DNA from: a virus
Taxonomy: Duplodnaviria > Caudoviricetes
Length of the DNA stretch: 49,525 nucleotides
Strand: one strand, 5' to 3'
IMG/VR virus record: IMGVR_UViG_3300035670_000319
Coordinates: 1-49,525 of that record
Shown here in pieces: positions 45,869 to 49,525 of this stretch. The notes below the pieces were generated by a model. It was given only the letters and a program-made list of their open reading frames with translations. It made no database searches and was not told where the DNA came from. A program made the translations under genes and the position numbers. Position 1 is the first letter of the stretch. Every line of letters starts with the position of its first letter.

Positions 45869-46455
45869 GCCACTACGACACCCTGGGCGTCGACCCGGGC
45901 GCGAGCGCCGACGAGATCCGCAGCGCGTACCGACGTGCCGCTGCGGCGGCCCACCCTGATCGTGACGGCGGGTGCGCGGAGCGCATGGCGCAGGTCAACG
46001 AAGCCTGGGAGGTACTGGGCGATCCGGCCCGGCGCGCGGCGTACGATGAGGACGGGGCGGGCGATCCGGCCCGGCAACGCCTGCGCATGCTGTTCGACAG
46101 CTACCTGCAGTCGCCCAGCGAGCTGCCGCCATTTGCCAGCATCCTGTCGACCTTCCGCCAGCGCGTGCTCATGGCCCAGGCGACCCTGCAGTCCACGGGG
46201 GCCAACCTTGACCGCCAGATGACGCGGTTGCGGCGCGACGCGGGGCGCGTACGGCGGCGCGACGGGGTCGAGGCGGGGCTATGGCTCGCGGCGGTCGAGC
46301 GGCGCCTGGCGGCCCTCCAGCGCGACCGTACGGGGGTGGATGAGGAGACGACCATCAACGACCGTCTCCTGCAGCTGCTGGACGAATACGAGGATGCCTC
46401 GGGTCAGAGCAGCGACACGACCGTGACGCGCTCGATGTTGACGCCGCCGTGCTGA
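45865..46455 (+). CDS. J-domain (DnaJ-like) protein
   Basis: HYDTLGV...AS..EI..AYR......HPD......M..VN.A..VL.D...R..YD. Confidence 0.9.
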   Translation: MSHYDTLGVDPGASADEIRSAYRRAAAAAHPDRDGGCAERMAQVNEAWEVLGDPARRAAYDEDGAGDPARQRLRMLFDSYLQSPSELPPFASILSTFRQRVLMAQATLQSTGANLDRQMTRLRRDAGRVRRRDGVEAGLWLAAVERRLAALQRDRTGVDEETTINDRLLQLLDEYEDASGQSSDTTVTRSMLTPPC

Positions 46456-46790
46456 GTGACCGTCACGAGCGTGTCGTTGAAGACGAAGCGTTCACCCACC
46501 TCGACCACCGACTTGATCGCCAGGGTTGACTCGCTGTAGAGCTTGTCGGCTTCCTTGCGCATCCGTTCCGCTTCGACCCGCATCCGTTCGGCGCGCTCGC
46601 GCTGCTCCAGTGCGTTGCGCAGCTTGAGGCCACGGCTGCGCCGTATCTCATCAACCATCGCCATCGTCGCCTGCTGTTGCGGCTGCACCTGGCGGCACTC
46701 CGGCGGCTCCGGGTCATTCATATCCCAGGTGACCTGGCAGGTCGGGCAATACATCTGATCCGATTGTTGCGTGGCGTGACAGTGGGTCAT
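46404..46790 (-). CDS. Hypothetical protein with N-terminal Cys/His motif and coiled coil
   Basis: C.A.Q.SDQM.C..C...WD.ND..PP.C. AGGAG SD. Confidence 0.7.
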   Translation of the reverse strand: MTHCHATQQSDQMYCPTCQVTWDMNDPEPPECRQVQPQQQATMAMVDEIRRSRGLKLRNALEQRERAERMRVEAERMRKEADKLYSESTLAIKSVVEVGERFVFNDTLVTVTQHGGVNIERVTVVSLL

Positions 46791-46996
46791 GGGGTACTCC
46801 TGGCCTGAACGTACGACTCGAGCAGGTACTGCGTGGCGTACGAGAAGTGCGCGCGGCCCGTCTCGTACTTGCGGATCTGGCGGTGACAGATGAGCAGCTT
46901 GGTCGCCAGCTGCTTCTGCGTCATGCCGAGCGTCTGGCGCATGCTGCGAAAGTATTCCGGGTCGGGACGGTACTGCGCGGGGTCCGGCGCGTTCAT
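46787..46996 (-). CDS. XRE-family HTH protein
   Basis: R..LGMTQ..LA..L....RQI..YE.G. AGGAG SD. Confidence 0.8.
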   Translation of the reverse strand: MNAPDPAQYRPDPEYFRSMRQTLGMTQKQLATKLLICHRQIRKYETGRAHFSYATQYLLESYVQARSTP

Positions 46997-47214
46997 CGTG
47001 TAGCTCTCCTGAATAGGCGGCGCAAGCGCCACAGTGCAGCATCGTTGCGTAGTGCGGCCAGCTCGCGCGAGTCGATGACCACACTGCTGCCAGCCGCGAT
47101 CTGTACGAGCGTGGTGCGGAAGTCCGCCAGCTCCTGGTTACTGAGTCCGTTCTGCCCGTGACCACGCAGGAACTGCTTGCACAGCTCAGGGAACGAGGCT
47201 TTAGCTCTGGTCAT
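46993..47214 (-). CDS. Hypothetical protein
   Basis: Coupled ORF ending with D...WR.LR. Confidence 0.6.
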   Translation of the reverse strand: MTRAKASFPELCKQFLRGHGQNGLSNQELADFRTTLVQIAAGSSVVIDSRELAALRNDAALWRLRRLFRRATR

Positions 47215-47217
47215 GGT

Positions 47218-47421
47218 CTAGAACAGATGGCTGGGTTTGTGAGTACCACGACGACGCGAGGCGTTGGCGCGACCGGACTTGCGGGACGCAGCTGACTGCG
47301 ATACGGGCGAGAGGCACTCCGCGTCAGTCTTGCCGGCATCGATACGCATCATCAGGGCCTTGTCGGAGATGAAGGCCGGCGCGAGGGCACGCAGATGCTT
47401 GAATCGTTCCTGGCGGGTCAT
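47218..47421 (-). CDS. Small basic hypothetical protein, paralog 3
   Basis: MTRQERFKHLRALAP..ISD..L..RI..G..D..C. ATGA overlap. Confidence 0.7.
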   Translation of the reverse strand: MTRQERFKHLRALAPAFISDKALMMRIDAGKTDAECLSPVSQSAASRKSGRANASRRRGTHKPSHLF

Positions 47422-48326
47422 GTCGGCGCGCTCGGGCTGGCGGCTGCGGCGAGCATGTATCGCCACGCCTTGCTGGCGTCGTACCTCATTCGCCTCACCT
47501 GGGTTTCCTCCCAAGAGTCCGGCCATACGGAACCGTCTTGCCACGAAGCCATCCCCCGAGCGCCCTGGTCGATCATCTCTGGCGTTGGCTCCACCGGCAC
47601 CAGCTTCCACCCATCCGGCACTCCGGGCGCGCTCGGGCTGGCGGCGAGCGATTCGAGGTGGTTGCACAGCGCACCGAGCAATCGCCTCGACGAGAATGTG
47701 CGCGTGGTGAGTGGCGCGTGTTGCCCGATGAGCGTCAACGCCTCGAAAGCCGCCTGACGCAAAGTCTCGTCCGGCACTCCGGGTGCGGCGGGCGGGGCGG
47801 CACCGATCAGTTCGTCATACATGAACTCGGCTGCATTCCACACCGTAGAACCCGGAATGCGCTGGCAGAGGGCGACGATCTTTTCGATAGTGGCTTTACG
47901 ATCTGCCACCGCCTCCTGCTGCGCGGTGGGCAGGCCGGTGTAGAGAAACGTGCCCTTGGGCACATCTTGAAGCCACTCAATTTCGTAGCGCCCCTCTGAC
48001 TTGGCCGTTGCCGATTCACGAGTCCACGCCACCGCCTCCTGCTGCGCGGTCGCCGGGCGCAGGGCGTGGGCGGCGAGTAGTTCTGCGTCCTCGAATCGGA
48101 CTGCGCCTCTATAGAAACCTCTGCCCTTATCGCTACGCACATCACCGAGCACCCGCTCCGCCGCCTCGCGCAGTTCCTTGTCGGTCGTGGTGGTCGCCGC
48201 CATGGCCTCAAGCTGCGCCACGAACGCATCGCGCTGCGCCTTGATGCACTCGGGCCGGTCGCAGTAGTAGCTGCACGAGTGGATGTTATCGGTCATGCCG
48301 TCCGGCTTCGTGGTGGGGTTAGTCAT
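47418..48326 (-). CDS. Mosaic early protein (Ea/Ead-like modules)
   Basis: IHSCSYYC.RP.C, QEAVAW and VPDGWKLVPVEPTPEM motifs. Confidence 0.75.
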   Translation of the reverse strand: MTNPTTKPDGMTDNIHSCSYYCDRPECIKAQRDAFVAQLEAMAATTTTDKELREAAERVLGDVRSDKGRGFYRGAVRFEDAELLAAHALRPATAQQEAVAWTRESATAKSEGRYEIEWLQDVPKGTFLYTGLPTAQQEAVADRKATIEKIVALCQRIPGSTVWNAAEFMYDELIGAAPPAAPGVPDETLRQAAFEALTLIGQHAPLTTRTFSSRRLLGALCNHLESLAASPSAPGVPDGWKLVPVEPTPEMIDQGARGMASWQDGSVWPDSWEETQVRRMRYDASKAWRYMLAAAASPSAPT

Positions 48327-48589
48327 GGGGCCACCTCAGTGCGGATGTTTTCATCGTAGTGGCGAACGCAGCTTTTCCCGCATCGCTCGCTCTGCGTCGA
48401 GATTGTCTCCCCGCAGGTGGTGAAGTAGTGATAGCGTCCTGTGTCATAGAAGCGGTAAACGGCACATCCGTCCTTGTCGAACAGGTGCGTCACGTTGAAA
48501 TCGTCAGCGGCGCCGGTTACTTGTACCGGCGTTCCCTGCTTGGTGCAGGCCGCGCAGAGAATCGCAACAACAGCGATGATGTTTTTCAC
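48323..48589 (-). CDS. Small lipoprotein (DUF4884-like)
   Basis: Signal peptide with Cys, LF..DGC.VYRF.D....YFT.C motif. Confidence 0.75.
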   Translation of the reverse strand: MKNIIAVVAILCAACTKQGTPVQVTGAADDFNVTHLFDKDGCAVYRFYDTGRYHYFTTCGETISTQSERCGKSCVRHYDENIRTEVAP

Positions 48590-49083
48590 TTCCCGCCCTC
48601 CTTCGTCTGCGTCTGCATGGCGGCGTCGATACGTGCATTGACGATGGCATTAAACAAGTGCATGGCGGCATGGAGGTAGCCTTGAGGGCCGCACTTGACC
48701 GCGCGCTCGTACTCTTCAACCAGAAAGTCTCGTTCTGTTTTGTACCTCGCCGCGTCCCGCTCCAACTCCGCGATGCGTGCGACGGCTGCATCAAGTCGGC
48801 CCTGCATTTCGGCAAGGCGCGAGGCTTCGTACTGTTCAGCAAATCGCTGCGAGCGGCGGTTCGCTTCCGCCTCCCAAGTTTTGGCAGCCGCGTCTGCTTC
48901 CGCGATGCGCTGGCGCAGCGTGGCATTCTCAGCGAGCGCCGCTTCCTTCTCGTCCAGCAGGGCGGGGACTTGGGCGGCGACGGCGTAGGCTTCACGAGCC
49001 GGTCCCTTAGAGATCATCCAAGGAGGGATTTCCGCCAGCCTCGCGCACTCGGCGCGGAGTTCTTCGGGGGTCATGGTGCTCAT
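48586..49083 (-). CDS. Coiled-coil early protein (Ead/Ea22-like)
   Basis: VPALLDE, RIAELE.DA.RY and ID.AM motifs. Confidence 0.7.
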   Translation of the reverse strand: MSTMTPEELRAECARLAEIPPWMISKGPAREAYAVAAQVPALLDEKEAALAENATLRQRIAEADAAAKTWEAEANRRSQRFAEQYEASRLAEMQGRLDAAVARIAELERDAARYKTERDFLVEEYERAVKCGPQGYLHAAMHLFNAIVNARIDAAMQTQTKEGGK

Positions 49084-49525
49084 GCGTCGCCCTCCCAGCC
49101 GACAGGCATGGTGAAGCCGGAGGCGTTGCGGTGCCCACCACCGCCGTACTGCTTGGCGACCTCGGAAACATCCACCGCATCGGGTGCGCTGCGCAGGCTG
49201 AACACGCGGCCGGTGGGGGTGTCCCAGTAGCAGGCAGCGAAGGGCTCGTTCTTGCCCATGAGGTGGCCGGCGTCACTGGACAGCGTGTACGGCAGGTTCG
49301 CCACCGGCACGTCGTGCCCACCGATCTTCATGCGTCGGCGGGTCACGCCGACCAGTTCGGCGATGTCCTTGTGGTGCTTGCGCTCAATCGCCGCGCCCTC
49401 GGCGCGCAGCAACTGAACGTCGGACGCCATCAGTTTATCCCACACCTCAAAGTCGTACGGGTAGCTGAACACGTTGGCCTGGATCTCGCGCGTGCCCTCC
49501 AACTTGAACAGCCACAGGTCGCGGT
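49080..49525 (-). CDS. DHH-family phosphoesterase, C-terminal DHHA1 fragment (enters from window end)
   Basis: RDLW.F, FSLRS and DVS..A..YGGGGH..ASGF motifs. Confidence 0.9.
   Translation of the reverse strand, partial: RDLWLFKLEGTREIQANVFSYPYDFEVWDKLMASDVQLLRAEGAAIERKHHKDIAELVGVTRRRMKIGGHDVPVANLPYTLSSDAGHLMGKNEPFAACYWDTPTGRVFSLRSAPDAVDVSEVAKQYGGGGHRNASGFTMPVGWEGDA

Noticed and set aside
46787-46996. XRE protein as a lysogeny repressor
   Set aside because: HTH only, with no peptidase domain. It sits inside an early operon with no divergent cro or integrase.

Overview
The window is a near-complete, circularly permuted genome of a GC-rich tailed phage of a Gram-negative host, judged from a GH19 endolysin with Rz/Rz1 spanins. 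Both ends fall inside the same DHH-phosphoesterase gene, whose middle is missing. The + strand late arm (2.1-33.6 kb) is epsilon15/BPP-1-like podoviral: terminases, portal, scaffold, capsid, tail adaptor and nozzle, ejection proteins, two tailspikes and lysis genes. A divergent replication block (33.6-46.5 kb) encodes a family B DNA polymerase, SSB, Cas4-like nuclease, SF2 helicase, C5 methyltransferase, VRR-NUC nuclease, TetR-like regulator, primase-helicase and a J-domain protein. Small early genes run on the - strand (46.4 kb through the end to 1.7 kb). I found no integrase, reverse transcriptase/DGR or CRISPR array. Main points of interest: (1) a ~1.2 kb modular array of structured RNA-like elements between scaffold and capsid, with repeated junctions, a tRNA-like T-arm/CCA unit, a pseudoknot and an embedded small gene; (2) a polyvalent ejection protein apparently split in two, with ART, JAB and glycosylase-like cargo domains bounded by [L/Y]xQ motifs and a hidden overprinted gene behind the glycosylase-like domain; (3) a TTGAY-N6-GKCAR operator motif at eight sites, several overlapping promoters; (4) a two-frame EcoHK31I-like methyltransferase; (5) a three-copy small basic protein family. 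All family calls come from motif recognition by eye, with no database search.
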